Positions 16,091 through 16,858 of a DNA stretch of 16,858 bases are shown in pieces. Origin of the DNA: Ignavibacteriota bacterium (GTDB lineage Bacteria > Bacteroidota > Ignavibacteria > UBA10030 > CAVZMI01); the NCBI GenBank assembly GCA_963776275.1, contig CAVZMI010000024.1, forward strand, positions 1-16,858, written 5' to 3'. The notes beneath the pieces were generated by a model. It was not told where the DNA came from. It was given only the letters and a program-made list of their open reading frames with translations, and made no database searches. Position 1 is the stretch's first letter. Every line of letters begins with the position of its first letter. The position numbers and the translations under genes were made by a program.

Positions 16091-16858
16091 ATGGATACAT
16101 GGATGAGGAACGGACCGGTTGTAATCGGCGGTGTGGGGGGCAGCGGTACCAGAGTCGTCGCAGAGATATTACGCGAGGTCGGATTCTATCTGGGAGCCGA
16201 TTTAAACTTGGCGTTGGATAATCTTTGGTTTACCCTGTTGTTGAAACGGCCCAGGTTGTTTCATAAAAAAAGCGCTTTGAAAGTCGAGGTATGCCGGGGT
16301 TTTTCAATCCTGGAGAAAATAATGAAAGGCGAGTCCGGATTATCATGGCGTGAGTATAAATTTTTGATCTCTGCGATCAGTGAAATGATGGTTTTTGGCC
16401 ATGACTATCTTCGGGCTGGCAAAGGCTGTTGGCCTTTGAAGCGTGCTATATCCATGTTATCAAAGAATAGATTGGCCTTGAGGGATTATATCGGTTGGGG
16501 TTGGAAAGAACCGAATACACATATTTTCATTGAGTATTTGGCTGAGTATTTCAGCAATTTAAAATATATTCATGTCATCAGACATGGTCTGGATATGGCC
16601 TATCACAATAATCAATCCCAATTATACAATTGGGGAAGTCTTTTTGGAGTAGAAAAGCCAAAGACTTTGAAAGATCTTCCCGTTGCTTCTCTTGAATATT
16701 GGATCAAAGCGAATCAAAAAGCCATCCGGCTGGGTAAAAATATTTTGAATGAGCGATTTCTACTGATTAACTTTGACCAGCTATGTGAAACCCCTAAAAT
16801 TGAGGTAGAAAAAATTCTTACTTTTCTGGAATTTCAAACTAACGATATTGATTTTATT
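16091..16858 (+). CDS. Second sulfotransferase-family protein, 3'-truncated by the window edge
   Basis: Manual translation from ATG 16091 (GAGAGG upstream): MDTWMRNGPVVIGGVGGSGTRVVAEIL...WGWKEPNTH...HVIRHGLDMA...NFDQLCETP. It stays open for 256 codons to the window end and is not in the ORF track. Confidence 0.85.
   Translation, partial: MDTWMRNGPVVIGGVGGSGTRVVAEILREVGFYLGADLNLALDNLWFTLLLKRPRLFHKKSALKVEVCRGFSILEKIMKGESGLSWREYKFLISAISEMMVFGHDYLRAGKGCWPLKRAISMLSKNRLALRDYIGWGWKEPNTHIFIEYLAEYFSNLKYIHVIRHGLDMAYHNNQSQLYNWGSLFGVEKPKTLKDLPVASLEYWIKANQKAIRLGKNILNERFLLINFDQLCETPKIEVEKILTFLEFQTNDIDFI

Overview
A 16.9-kb bacterial chromosomal window. The T9SS-type C-terminal sorting domain, canonical TTGACA/TATAAT-type promoters and SD sequences suggest an Ignavibacteria/Chlorobi-like FCB lineage (inference). 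The left end holds a minus-strand 634-aa secreted cohesin-like + 4xFN3 + T9SS-CTD protein that the ORF track missed, divergent from thrA. A plus-strand cluster follows: an SsuABC/TauABC-like ABC importer, a GT4, cysC, cysD, cysN with a degenerate kinase tail, a GT2 and two sulfotransferases, probably for sulfated glycan synthesis. The most unusual feature is that three four-helix-bundle (IVS/Avd-like) genes interleave the cys genes. Each is bracketed by inverted arms of periodic 6- or 7-nt repeats. A gene-less copy of the 33-bp heptamer arms lies after thrA. The window also contains an internally deleted cysD copy, a 40-bp REP-like insert in one arm, and a complete IS481-family element with a 7-bp target duplication inside the third cassette. 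All identities were counted by hand, and no database searches were run.
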